Positions 1-8,800 of a stretch of DNA of 64,000 bases are shown piece by piece. Positions within the stretch are counted from its first letter, which is position 1. The number at the start of each line of letters is the position of its first letter. Position numbers and translations under genes: made by a program. This DNA comes from Candidatus Obscuribacterales bacterium (GTDB lineage: Bacteria; Cyanobacteriota; Vampirovibrionia; Obscuribacterales; Obscuribacteraceae): contig CBDDIJ010000004.1 in the NCBI GenBank assembly GCA_965228855.1, positions 118,138 through 182,137 of the forward strand, in the 5' to 3' direction. The notes beneath the pieces are model-generated. The model saw only the letters and a list, made by a program, of their open reading frames with translations. It was not told the origin of the DNA and did not search any database.

Positions 1-29
1 GCCGTCTTGGTCAGCTTGAGTTTGGTCAT
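1..29 (-). CDS. 5' end of a tyrosine integrase of an upstream sister element (runs off the window)
   Basis: Minus strand reads MTKLKLTKTA, matching the integrase N-terminus MARLKLTKTA at 19919; the upstream leader is also homologous. Confidence 0.85.
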
Positions 30-214
30 TGTTCGTCTCCGAATTCAAAAAACTAGGAGCCGAATAGGGGCACTCAGGCTCCTAGCTCCCGGCTACAACC
101 GCGTGCTAGGGAGAACCTCGAGTGGTTGACGACGCAAGCTAAGTCTTTGTATCGTCGTACTGTTTCGGGGTATTACCTACAATCGGCGGGGACCAGCATA
201 GACGCAAAGGCCCC

Positions 215-229
215 GCTCAAAATCCGGTT
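215..229 (+). repeat. att core direct repeat (left), GCTCAAAATCCGGTT
   Basis: Identical 15-mer at 20106-20120; corresponds to the tRNA-Leu(CAA) anticodon loop and 3' stem. Confidence 0.85.
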
Positions 230-364
230 GCCTCTACCCTCCACACGCAGCGCAATATCGATGTGGGTCAAGTAGTTAGGAGAGTTGCGCTTCTCAATTT
301 GTGATCGTTCGGATTTTGCCTAGGTGCAAAATGAGAGCGCTCAGAGACAGTGAGTTAGCACTGT

Positions 365-449
365 GCGGGTGTGGTGAAACTGGTAGACGCGCTGGATTCA
401 AAATCCAGTTCCGAAAGGAGTGTCGGTTCGAGCCCGACCACCCGCACCA
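365..449 (+). tRNA. tRNA-Leu(CAA), 85 nt, CCA encoded
   Basis: Acceptor GCGGGTG/CACCCGC, anticodon arm CTGGA-TTCAAAA-TCCAG, long variable arm, T arm GTCGG-TTCGAGC-CCGAC. Confidence 0.97.
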
Positions 450-499
450 TCTCATCAAACTACCAATCGGGTAGGAGCTCGGACTCTCACCGGTGCCGT

Positions 500-792
500 C
501 ATTTCCACGGCGCGGCGTTGGACGATGCTGTCGCGTTTGGACAGTGGCAGGGCGCGCGCCTGCTGGTTGAACGCGGAGTGCTGACTGCGCCGTGGCATTC
601 GGCAGCTCTCGGTCTGCTGGGGCGGTTGGAGGCATATTTCGCCGACGCCAATCCGTTGCCCGCCTGGCATCCGAGGGGAGCGCCAATACGAGGCCCGTGA
701 GTAAGGTCACGATTGCTTTCTGGTGTGTGTGTCATGGCGGATAGCGCGCGGCGGCCGAGTATCTCCTTGGACGCGGCGCTGACTTGGATGTC
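500..792 (+). pseudogene. Ankyrin-repeat protein remnant
   Basis: LDDAVAFGQWQGARLLVERG, then in another frame AFWCVCHGG*RAAAEYLLGRGADLD with an internal TAG at 742-744. Confidence 0.65.
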
Positions 793-920
793 ACCTTGAA
801 ATGGTCTGTCCCCACCGGATGCAGCCGCCCGTAGCGGCGCGGATGACATTGTGGCAAGTCTCAAATGACTTGGGGCAGGGTCGGCGCGAGAATGATGCCC
901 GACTTCCTTCACCGAAGCCG

Positions 921-1337
921 CTAGGACGCGAGCGCTTCGAGCACCGGGCAATCGGGAACCGCCTCGCCCGAGCATTGTGCGGCAGTCTCGGCGAGCACGC
1001 GCTCGATGCGCCTGAGGTCGGCGATCTTGCCGCGCACGTCCTTGAGGTGCAGTTCCGTCCGCTGCTTCACCTCTGCGCAAGTCTGCCGCTCGGTATCGAC
1101 CAAAGCCAGCAATCCCCTGATCTCCGCGATATCGAAACCGAGCTCCCGTGCTCTCAGGATGAAGCGAAGCCGCTGGACATGAGTGTCGTCGTAGGCGCGG
1201 TAGCCATTGGCGCGGCGCGGGGGCTCAGGCAACAGATCGATCTTCTCGTAATACCTGACGGTCTCGAGGTTGCAGCCCGTTCGGGCCGCGAGTTCGCCGC
1301 GCCTGAGGTTTGTCGCAAAATCGTGATCGGCGCGCAT
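921..1337 (-). CDS. merR: Hg(II)-responsive MerR-family regulator
   Basis: MerR HTH (ETVRYYEKIDLL), three Cys in MerR positions (TCAE, QCSG, DCPV), divergent from merTPAB. Confidence 0.9.
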   Translation of the reverse strand: MRADHDFATNLRRGELAARTGCNLETVRYYEKIDLLPEPPRRANGYRAYDDTHVQRLRFILRARELGFDIAEIRGLLALVDTERQTCAEVKQRTELHLKDVRGKIADLRRIERVLAETAAQCSGEAVPDCPVLEALAS

Positions 1338-1348
1338 TCAGACACCCC

Positions 1349-1379
1349 TTGAGCCTGTAGTTGCTACAGAGACTATCGT
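1349..1379 (+). promoter_or_regulatory. MerR-type promoter/operator of the mer operon
   Basis: TTGAGC-19 bp-TATCGT with dyad CTGTAG-TTG-CTACAG in the spacer. Confidence 0.85.
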
Positions 1380-1408
1380 GTGCCTCATCGGAAATCGATG
1401 GGCACCAT

Positions 1409-1813
1409 ATGCAGACCGCATCAAATGACCTTGAAGGCGCCGCCGCCGAGCATGCGACGCCACGCGCGAGACGGACTCTTCTGGCTGCGGGCGGCATCGT
1501 CGGCGCCATCCTGGCGTCGGCCTGCTGCATCCTGCCACTAGTGCTCGTCACTCTCGGAGTCTCGGGCGCGTGGATCGGCAGCCTGACGATGCTCGAGCCC
1601 TTCAAACCCTATATCGCGGTCGTGACCCTCGGGTTGATCGGCGGCGGCTTTTGGCACGTGTACGTCAGAAAGCCCGCTGCCGTCGTCTGCGGGCCCGACG
1701 GCTATTGCGCTCGTCCCGAGTCCACGGTCATCACTCAGGTGGTGCTCTGGATTGCGACAGCACTCGTGCTTCTCGCGCTCACCATCGGCTGGTGGGCTCC
1801 GTTCCTCTACTGA
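1409..1813 (+). CDS. merT: Mercuric transport protein MerT
   Basis: ASACCILPL in TM1, GAWIGSL, C-x5-C loop, three TM segments. Confidence 0.9.
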   Translation: MQTASNDLEGAAAEHATPRARRTLLAAGGIVGAILASACCILPLVLVTLGVSGAWIGSLTMLEPFKPYIAVVTLGLIGGGFWHVYVRKPAAVVCGPDGYCARPESTVITQVVLWIATALVLLALTIGWWAPFLY

Positions 1814-1825
1814 AAGTCGGAAGAT

Positions 1826-2146
1826 ATGAAACGCGCAACCCTCGTCCTCGCCGCCATGATTGCCATGGGAGGATCGTTCACAGCACTTACGACTGTCCCC
1901 GCCGCGCTCGCACAGTCGGAAGCAGCGACACAGACGACTGTGTTCGCCGTCGAGAACATGTACTGCGAGTTGTGTCCGCTCGCCGTGAAGACCGCGATGG
2001 AACGTGTACCCGGCGTCACGCTTGTTGTTGTCGACTTCGACGACAAGACCGCGACCGTAACCTTCGACCCTGCGATTGCGACCATGGAGGCAATCGCCGC
2101 CGCATCGACGAACCTCGGCTATCCTGCTCACGTCTCGGGTGCTTGA
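1826..2146 (+). CDS. merP: Periplasmic mercury-binding protein MerP
   Basis: Signal peptide, HMA motif MYCELCP, C-terminal GYP. Confidence 0.88.
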   Translation: MKRATLVLAAMIAMGGSFTALTTVPAALAQSEAATQTTVFAVENMYCELCPLAVKTAMERVPGVTLVVVDFDDKTATVTFDPAIATMEAIAAASTNLGYPAHVSGA

Positions 2147-2199
2147 CCCTTCACCCGGTCGCCACCTCTTCGATAGCGCCGACAACATTAGGGGCTGCA

Positions 2200-3642
2200 A
2201 TGAACGAACACGACCACTTCGACCTCGTCATCCTGGGGTCAGGATCGACGGCTTTCGCGGCCGCATTGCGCGCCCAGGAGATGGGCAAGACGTCGGTGAT
2301 GATTGAGCACCGGGCCATTGGAGGCACGTGTGTCAACCGGGGCTGCCTGCCGTCCAAGAACCTCATCGATGCGGCACTGCTCGTTCATGAGTCCCGCAAC
2401 CCGCGCTACTCCGGTCTCACGACGGACGGCCAGGGGCTGCGCGTCGACTTCCGGGAGCTGATTTCGCAGAAGGACGAAGTCATCCTCGACTACCGCAAGA
2501 AGAAGTACGACGGCCTGCTGGGCGGTCGGTTCAGCGTTGTGGAGGGCACCGCTCGGCTTGTCGACGCTCAGACGGTCGAAGTTGATGGCCGGCGTCTCAG
2601 CGGCGAGCGTATCCTGATCGCCACCGGCTCGCGTCCATCCATCCCTGACATTGAAGGACTCGACGCCGTCCCCTATCTCACCAGCGACCTGCTGACCCAT
2701 GGCGAGGGCCAGGAGTTGGCTGACCTGCCTCCGTCACTGCTGATCGTCGGCGGCGGCTACATCGCGCTCGAACTGGGCCAGATGTTTGCGCGCTTCGGCA
2801 CCAGGGTGACGATTGTCAGCCGCAACAGCCAGCTTCTCGCCCATGGCTACGAGCCGGAGGTGGGCCGTGAGATCGGCAAGGCCTTCGCCGACGAAGGCAT
2901 CGCCGTTCTCAATGAGGCCACCGTTCAAAGGGTGCGCGCGGTCGAGGTGGGCATCTCCGCTGAGGTTCGGATCGGCGGCGGCATCCAAGTGTTAGAGGCA
3001 AGCCACTTGCTGATCGCGACCGGGCGACGGCCCAACAGCGATGACATCGGGCTTGAGGCCGCCGGTGTCAGGGTCAACAAGCGCGGCGAAGTCGAAGTCG
3101 ACGCGGAGCTCCGCACGCCGGTGGCTCATATCTTCGCGGCGGGCGATGTGATCGGTGCCCAGCACGGAAGCCAGATGGCGACGCCGGTCGGCGCTCGCCA
3201 GGGGATCATCGCAGCCCACAACGCGTTGTCGGTGGAACCGCCGCGGCGGTTCGATGATCGCGTCATCCCGCGCGCCATCTTCACCGATCCGCCGGTCGGG
3301 ACCGTCGGCATGACGGAAGCCGAAGCGGTAGCAGCTGGACATCGCTGCTGGTGTCGGCCGCTGCCGATGAGCCTCGTTCCGCGCGCCGGCGCCACCCGCG
3401 ACACGCGTGGCGTCATCAGGATGGTCGCCGATGCCGACACCAACGAGGTGCTCGGTGTCTCGATGGTGGGTGCGGCGGCCCATGAGGTGATTCATGAGGC
3501 TGCGATGGCAATGCGCTTCCGTGCCAAACTAACCGATTTCGTCGACCTCTTGCACGTCTATCCAACGATGGCCGAGGCACTCAAGATCGCCGCGATCGCC
3601 CGGACCAAGAACCCGGCCAAACTTTCATGCTGTGCGGAGTGA
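2200..3642 (+). CDS. merA: Mercuric reductase MerA (no NmerA domain)
   Basis: [13 protein letters not shown] redox disulfide, YPTMAE, C-terminal LSCCAE; start at ATG 2200 rather than 1570. Confidence 0.93.
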   Translation: MNEHDHFDLVILGSGSTAFAAALRAQEMGKTSVMIEHRAIGGTCVNRGCLPSKNLIDAALLVHESRNPRYSGLTTDGQGLRVDFRELISQKDEVILDYRKKKYDGLLGGRFSVVEGTARLVDAQTVEVDGRRLSGERILIATGSRPSIPDIEGLDAVPYLTSDLLTHGEGQELADLPPSLLIVGGGYIALELGQMFARFGTRVTIVSRNSQLLAHGYEPEVGREIGKAFADEGIAVLNEATVQRVRAVEVGISAEVRIGGGIQVLEASHLLIATGRRPNSDDIGLEAAGVRVNKRGEVEVDAELRTPVAHIFAAGDVIGAQHGSQMATPVGARQGIIAAHNALSVEPPRRFDDRVIPRAIFTDPPVGTVGMTEAEAVAAGHRCWCRPLPMSLVPRAGATRDTRGVIRMVADADTNEVLGVSMVGAAAHEVIHEAAMAMRFRAKLTDFVDLLHVYPTMAEALKIAAIARTKNPAKLSCCAE

Positions 3643-3647
3643 GGACG

Positions 3648-4397
3648 ATGACTGATGCAGGCGGTAGCCCGGTGGAACTTCGGCCGGGGGTGTTTCGCCC
3701 AGATTGGTCAGCCGCCAAAAGTGCGGCAGCAAGGCGCGCACTCGAGGAACGCGCCGACGCTCGCGAGGGGCTATTGGACAAGTGGGCGCATGCTCTCGAC
3801 CCCGAGACAGACCGAGTGTGGCGCTTGACGCTCCAACTGTACGGGAGTGCAGGGCTGCCGCCCTCGCCGGGCGAGATCGCCGCTCAAGCTGAAGTTCCAG
3901 AGCGGGTGGTCAAGGACGCGCTACTCGTTCTGCAGAGTCACGACCTCCTGAAGCTGCGGAACGATGGGAGCATCCTCTATGCCTACCCATTCACGCAGGA
4001 ATATTCGGGCCACACGATCGTCCTGGGCAACCACGAGCTAGAGTCCCTGTGCGCGATCGACGCGCTCGGGACGGGCGCGATGTTCGGTGCTGACGTCAAG
4101 GTGGGTTCTTCGTGCCCGGTGTGCGACGGACCGGTCAATGTCTCCACCAGTGACCGCGGCACATCGATCGGCGAGGTCAGTCCTACCGACGCAGTCGTCT
4201 GGTATGAGTGCTCCTATGGCGAAAGCGCGGCCTCGTCATGCTGTCCCTCGATTGCCTTCTTCTGCTCGCGTGACCACCTCCAGGTTTGGCTGGCGCAGAA
4301 CCCGGATGCGAACGGAATGCAACTCGCAGTCGATGAAGCCCTGGAGGTTGGCAGGGCGATCTTTGGCCCAGTGCTACAGACGAGCAACAGCATCTAA
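3648..4397 (+). CDS. merB: Organomercurial lyase MerB
   Basis: N-terminal HTH, AYPF, LCAIDALG, SCCPSIAFF motifs; directly follows merA. Confidence 0.85.
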   Translation: MTDAGGSPVELRPGVFRPDWSAAKSAAARRALEERADAREGLLDKWAHALDPETDRVWRLTLQLYGSAGLPPSPGEIAAQAEVPERVVKDALLVLQSHDLLKLRNDGSILYAYPFTQEYSGHTIVLGNHELESLCAIDALGTGAMFGADVKVGSSCPVCDGPVNVSTSDRGTSIGEVSPTDAVVWYECSYGESAASSCCPSIAFFCSRDHLQVWLAQNPDANGMQLAVDEALEVGRAIFGPVLQTSNSI

Positions 4398-4519
4398 CGG
4401 CAGCGAGGGCGAGCCGTACGGAGCCGCGCAACTGGGATCTGGACCAGCCACGGCGGACCTCCCCAGGTTAGTTGCCCTGATATGCCAGTGATGACGCGGG
4501 AAACACTCGGGAATTCGGA

Positions 4520-4942
4520 ATGCCGCAGCCGCCAAAGTCCGACATCCTCATGCGACTGGTGATCAGGGACCCTGTGCCGGGTGTCGTGCATAGCTTGCAG
4601 GACAGGGACGGCACGCCGGTCGACGCGAAGTGCTCGGCGTCAGGTGAGCCGATTTTGTTCGAGTTCCCGGTCCGTGTTTCGCCCGGCCCGAAATTCTATG
4701 GCGAACAGGTCCGCAACGGCGGCGCAGAACGTCGCTTCGTCTACATCGCGGTGGGCAGACAGGCTGGCGATCCAGCGTCATGTTGGGATCGACGCATGAA
4801 GATCGATATTCACACCATCCCGCAAGGCCTGGTTGAGGATGCGACCGATCGGAAGTTGCTTGAAGGCGTCGTTGGCGGAACTGGTGCGGACGGTAGCCCG
4901 GCCTGCGCCACAGTCCCGGTCCGGTCGTGGCGCACCGTTTAG
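4520..4942 (+). CDS. Conserved hypothetical protein (DUF5990-like)
   Basis: RRFVYIAVG...WDRRMKI...GSPACATV resembles DUF5990 family as recalled. Confidence 0.6.
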   Translation: MPQPPKSDILMRLVIRDPVPGVVHSLQDRDGTPVDAKCSASGEPILFEFPVRVSPGPKFYGEQVRNGGAERRFVYIAVGRQAGDPASCWDRRMKIDIHTIPQGLVEDATDRKLLEGVVGGTGADGSPACATVPVRSWRTV

Positions 4943-5075
4943 TGGGGCTGAACGTGTCTGGATACGCGGGAAGGGAGCCACGCGGAACGCGCCAACGGCA
5001 ATCGGTTTTCCCCACCTCGGCAGCCGACCAATTGGGATGCCGTTGACCGTTCGCGCTCAGGCTCGGAACGGCCGA

Positions 5076-5471
5076 CTAATCGGGGGCATCGTGGCAATTC
5101 GGGTCCCATTGGCATTTGCCCGACTGACAGTCGGCAATGACCTTCCGAATGCTGCTGCGGACTCGTTTGAGATCATCGATGCGACGTTCGACACGTTCGA
5201 GGACAGCGGTGAGCTTTGCCTGACCGTGGCGTTTGCTCATCATCCCAGCGTCGATCTGGCCCAGGGTCAGGGCAATCTCATCAAGACTGAATCCAAGTGT
5301 CTGCAGGAATTTTGCCATGCGGATCCGCTCCGCGGCGGCCGCCGAGTAAACGCGGTAGCCGGAGGGCCTGCGGTCGGGCGGCGGCAAAAGCCCCCGCCGC
5401 TCGTAAAAGCGGATGGTGTCGACGCTTACCCCGGCTTCGCGGGCCAATTCACCAATCTTTAGCGCCTGCAC
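5076..5471 (-). CDS. MerR-family regulator
   Basis: LKIGELAREAGVSVDTIRFYERRGLL; C-terminal C-x4-C-x5-C. Confidence 0.9.
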   Translation of the reverse strand: MQALKIGELAREAGVSVDTIRFYERRGLLPPPDRRPSGYRVYSAAAAERIRMAKFLQTLGFSLDEIALTLGQIDAGMMSKRHGQAKLTAVLERVERRIDDLKRVRSSIRKVIADCQSGKCQWDPNCHDAPD

Positions 5472-5480
5472 ATCACACCC

Positions 5481-5512
5481 TTGACTCTAGACCACGGTCC
5501 AGAGTCTAGAAA
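5481..5512 (+). promoter_or_regulatory. MerR-type promoter/operator
   Basis: TTGACT followed by dyad ACTCTAGACC-AC-GGTCCAGAGT and a weak -10 about 20 bp downstream. Confidence 0.7.
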
Positions 5513-5577
5513 GTCTCCCGTCAGGCCACAAGCCCGCATGGGAAAGTGGTCCCAGGCCATTTGGAAGGGATCAGGAA

Positions 5578-5985
5578 ATGAACGAACTAGCACCGGCAGC
5601 CGTGCCACAAATTGCGTGTGATATGACCGCTCTCGACAAGGACCAGCTTGCAAAGCTGGCCGCCGAAGTGGAGGCGGTCTATCGCAGCACAACCGATCTC
5701 CGCGTGCTCAAGGACGGCTTCGCGCTCGGTGTGGCGGATGCCGATTTTGAAACCTTCCGCCGCATGGCAGAAGTCGTTGCCTATGACCGGCTGTGCTGCC
5801 ACTTCATCCACCACGCCATCGTGGCCGAGCCAGAGTCGAAGACGGCGTGGCTCTACTTGAGCGGCGGCACTGGCGTGAAGGAGTACATCGCCGGGGATTT
5901 GCGTAGGGGCTTCCCACCCGAAAGCAGGCTGGGCGGACTCGTCCGCGCTGCCTACGGCGAAGGACCAGTCGAGGCGATCGCTTAG
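5578..5985 (+). CDS. Uncharacterised Cys-motif protein (IACD...CCHF)
   Basis: Good RBS and ATG; divergent from MerR; shares motifs with 7803-8192. Confidence 0.75.
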   Translation: MNELAPAAVPQIACDMTALDKDQLAKLAAEVEAVYRSTTDLRVLKDGFALGVADADFETFRRMAEVVAYDRLCCHFIHHAIVAEPESKTAWLYLSGGTGVKEYIAGDLRRGFPPESRLGGLVRAAYGEGPVEAIA

Positions 5986-6320
5986 CTAGAGCGTGGGGCA
6001 AACAGGATGATGGCGGCGGCTGCGAGCGCGAGCAGTCCGCCGCCCATATCCCACAGGTCCGGACGGCGCCCTTCCGCCATCCACAGCCATAGCAGCGACG
6101 CCACGATGTATACCCCGCCGTAGGCGGCATAAGCGCGGCCGGCGTAGTCGCTTGGTGCCAGAGTGAGGAGCCAGGCGAAGGCGATGAGCGAGGCCACGCC
6201 GGGAACAAGCCACCATATCGAGTGTCCCTGCCGCACCCACATCCAGAATGCGAAGCAACCGGCGATTTCGGCGACGGCCGCACCGGCGAAGGTCAGGAGA
6301 GTGGTCAGGGCTATGGGCAT
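5982..6320 (-). CDS. YnfA (UPF0060) family small multidrug-type membrane protein
   Basis: [24 protein letters not shown] motifs. Confidence 0.9.
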   Translation of the reverse strand: MPIALTTLLTFAGAAVAEIAGCFAFWMWVRQGHSIWWLVPGVASLIAFAWLLTLAPSDYAGRAYAAYGGVYIVASLLWLWMAEGRRPDLWDMGGGLLALAAAAIILFAPRSS

Positions 6321-6358
6321 GGCGACGCTTCCATCAGGGATCGATCCATCAAGGTGGA

Positions 6359-7066
6359 TCATATTCGCGTCGTCAGCGTAACCAGCCACTCCGGCATGAC
6401 TCGCTCGAGCGCAATTTGAACTGGACGGTCGAGACCGCTCAAGATCAAGGCGCCAGCGACAATCAGCAGAGCTCCCAAGGCCATTTTGAAACCCGAAGCG
6501 GCGCGGCTAAGCCGTCCACGCCACCGGAGCAGCAACTCCCGCGAAAGCACCCCGAGCAGCAACAGCGGCAAGCCTGTGCCCAGGCCGAACGCGAGCATGG
6601 TCAGCGCGACGAGACCGAGATTCTCGCCACGCGCCGCCATGAGCGAGGCAGCGCCCAGGGTCGGGCCAACGCAGGGCGTCCACACCGCGCCCATGAGCAG
6701 GCCCACCCCGAATTGGCCACCCACGCCGGTTGGGGAAAACCGCCCAAAACGGCTTTGCGTCCAATCACCGACCGGACCGGCTGCGACGGCTAGTTGCATC
6801 TGGAGGCGGGGCACCAGGAGCACAGTGCCAACAGCGATCAGCAGGATCGCCGCGATCATCCGAAACACACCGGTATCGAGCCCGACCGAAAAGCCGATCG
6901 TGGCCACGAACAGACCAATCGCTGTGAAGGAGATGGCGACACCGGCCGCCAGGGCCACGGGGCCCAGGCGGTGCTCCGCTACGGCTGCCCCCAGGACCAC
7001 GGGAATCAGGGGCAGTACACAGGGCGACAAGGTGGAGAGGATGCCGGCGATAAAGGCGAACAGCAT
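6359..7066 (-). CDS. ccdA: CcdA/DsbD-type thiol-disulfide transporter
   Basis: LSPCVLPL and WTPCVGPTL motifs, six TM segments. Confidence 0.88.
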   Translation of the reverse strand: MLFAFIAGILSTLSPCVLPLIPVVLGAAVAEHRLGPVALAAGVAISFTAIGLFVATIGFSVGLDTGVFRMIAAILLIAVGTVLLVPRLQMQLAVAAGPVGDWTQSRFGRFSPTGVGGQFGVGLLMGAVWTPCVGPTLGAASLMAARGENLGLVALTMLAFGLGTGLPLLLLGVLSRELLLRWRGRLSRAASGFKMALGALLIVAGALILSGLDRPVQIALERVMPEWLVTLTTRI

Positions 7067-7072
7067 GATCGT

Positions 7073-7465
7073 CTAGCACACCTGCCGCAGCAGCATCTCA
7101 ATCTCGCCGGGATCGGTGATGCCGACCGCGCGATCGACTTCCCGGCCGGCCCGAAACACGATCATGCTGCCCTGGAACTGCACCTTGAAAGCGTTCGCCA
7201 CATCCTTCTGCGTGTCGAAATCCACGTTGAAGATGACGATCTGCGCAAGATCGGGCCTCGCCGTGAGCTCAGCTACGATCGGGATCTGCACATGGCAGGT
7301 TTCGCACCATTCGGCCGTCACGTGAACAAGGATCGGCACGCCGGCAGCCATGGCTTCGTCGAACGCCTGCTGGGTAAACGGCACCCGCTCGGATGCCGCC
7401 GCAGGGCCGATCAGCAGGAGTGCGAGAATGGCGCCAAGAATCGTGCGGCGAAGGATCTGCATCAT
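7073..7465 (-). CDS. Exported thioredoxin-family protein
   Basis: Signal peptide, WCETC active site. Confidence 0.88.
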   Translation of the reverse strand: MMQILRRTILGAILALLLIGPAAASERVPFTQQAFDEAMAAGVPILVHVTAEWCETCHVQIPIVAELTARPDLAQIVIFNVDFDTQKDVANAFKVQFQGSMIVFRAGREVDRAVGITDPGEIEMLLRQVC

Positions 7466-7806
7466 GCGTCCCCCTGCTCGAGAAGCTTCCGCTGGCCGGT
7501 GGGCAACTCAACCGTGGCTTCTGATCCGCAGCCGCACCCGCTGTCCTTGACGGTAATCTCTGCCGGCGCGGCCGGAGCCTGTCTACGACGCGAGAACCAG
7601 ATGTACCCGCCTGCCGCTGCGACGATTGCGAGAGCAACAGCCACCTGCCCGAGGAACGCCAGGCTGGCGCCACTCAGAGCGAGCACGCCCACCACCCAAG
7701 GCGCGATCAGGGGCGCCACCAGCGGCGCGCAACATGCCGCGCACGCGGCGATAAACAGGCCGCCGGTTGCGGCCGCGCCCTTCCCCATTTTTCCCGCGTT
7801 CTTCAT
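7462..7806 (-). CDS. Small Cys-rich membrane protein (MerT/MerF-like topology)
   Basis: ACAACCAP in TM1, C-terminal CGCG; overlapping start/stop with both neighbours. Confidence 0.7.
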   Translation of the reverse strand: MKNAGKMGKGAAATGGLFIAACAACCAPLVAPLIAPWVVGVLALSGASLAFLGQVAVALAIVAAAGGYIWFSRRRQAPAAPAEITVKDSGCGCGSEATVELPTGQRKLLEQGDA

Positions 7807-8192
7807 GCGACCTCGCGGGCGAGGTGAGGCGCGAAATGCGCGAACAGTTCGTCGGCAGCAGTGGCTGCGGCCGCCGGCGCCGTGATCGTCAGTTCTACGG
7901 CCGTCTCGTCATAACGTAGGTCGAAATCCATGAAGGCACAGCAATCGGATTCCTTGGCGACCAGGTCCTGCATTTCGGCGAGGGCCTCCGGCCCGTAGGT
8001 CAAGTGCAGCCTCAAAGGTTCGCGCCGGCTCGCCTTGAGCGACCGGCGGGCGAGGTCCTCGATGCCCGCGACGCGGGCCTTGAAGTCGCCGGCGCCCAGT
8101 GTGCAGGAGATCGCGAGGGTCGTCTGATCAACGGCCGGGCTGCAGGTGTCGCAGTAGGCGTCAGCCCGTAGCGCGGTTGTAATGGCATTCAT
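7803..8192 (-). CDS. Uncharacterised Cys-motif protein (CDTC, ISCTL...CCAF)
   Basis: RBS AAGGAG and ATG at 8192; motifs shared with 5578-5985. Confidence 0.75.
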   Translation of the reverse strand: MNAITTALRADAYCDTCSPAVDQTTLAISCTLGAGDFKARVAGIEDLARRSLKASRREPLRLHLTYGPEALAEMQDLVAKESDCCAFMDFDLRYDETAVELTITAPAAAATAADELFAHFAPHLAREVA

Positions 8193-8225
8193 GCGAAATG
8201 CTCCTTTTCGTAAGCCTATGGCCAA

Positions 8226-8256
8226 GTCCTACTCCTTCAAGTAACTTGAAGGGCAA
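8226..8256 (-). promoter_or_regulatory. MerR-type promoter/operator (leftward operon)
   Basis: TTGCCC-19 bp-TAGGAC with perfect dyad CCTTCAAGT-A-ACTTGAAGG at 8234-8252. Confidence 0.85.
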
Positions 8257-8271
8257 CAGGAGCTTGTTCCG

Positions 8272-8715
8272 ATGAATGTTCACGTTCGCGTGTTGACGAT
8301 TGGAGCGTTGGCCAAGGCCGCCGGCGTGACAACCCCCACGATCCGCTACTACGAGGAAATCGGTCTTCTGCCGGCAGCTGGTCGCACGGCGGCCGGGCAG
8401 CGCGTCTATGATGGCAGCGATGTAGAGCGGCTGACATTCATTCGCCGCTGCCGTGACTTTGGGTTTTCGATCGAGCAGGTGCGCGCTCTTGTCGGCCTCT
8501 CGATCAGCACAGACAGGGACTGCGCTCCGGTGCGCGATATCGCCAAAGGGCACCTTGAGGAGGTCCGCACCAAGCTCGATGAACTGAAAGCTCTTGAGCG
8601 CAGCCTCGAGACCTTCGTGGTCCAGTGCGACACGGTATGCGCAGGAGGGGCCGGGCGCGACTGCGTGATTTTCAAGGATCTCGCTAAGCCGGCAGCCGTC
8701 GCAGGATGTTGCTAA
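8272..8715 (+). CDS. MerR-family metal-responsive regulator
   Basis: LTIGALAKAAGVTTPTIRYYEEIGLL; Cys at DCAP, QCDTVC, DCVI and terminal CC. Confidence 0.92.
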   Translation: MNVHVRVLTIGALAKAAGVTTPTIRYYEEIGLLPAAGRTAAGQRVYDGSDVERLTFIRRCRDFGFSIEQVRALVGLSISTDRDCAPVRDIAKGHLEEVRTKLDELKALERSLETFVVQCDTVCAGGAGRDCVIFKDLAKPAAVAGCC

Positions 8716-8739
8716 GGGTCGCGCCGAGCGTGTTGAGGC

Positions 8740-8770
8740 GTGAACCTCAAGTTGCTTGAAGTCCTATCTT
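8740..8770 (+). promoter_or_regulatory. Second MerR-type promoter/operator (arginase-MFS)
   Basis: GTGAAC-19 bp-TATCTT containing CTCAAGTTGCTTGAAG, near-identical to the 8234-8252 dyad. Confidence 0.7.
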
Positions 8771-8800
8771 CCGAGCTCCCACGATCCAAGGAGCTCTTCA

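Larger units (their letters stand above)
1..229. repeat. Integrase 5' end plus att arm, copy 1
   Basis: Manual alignment to 19891-20120 gives roughly 80-85% identity, ending in an identical GCTCAAAATCCGGTT. Confidence 0.9.

Noticed and set aside
294..710. ORFs overlapping the tRNA
   Set aside because: They are translations of tRNA sequence; only the ankyrin-like part from about 500 has protein-like motifs.
1570..2199. Apparent long N-terminal extension of MerA
   Set aside because: Overlaps merT and merP out of frame, is Arg-rich with no HMA motif, and an ATG with an RBS-like sequence is present at 2200.
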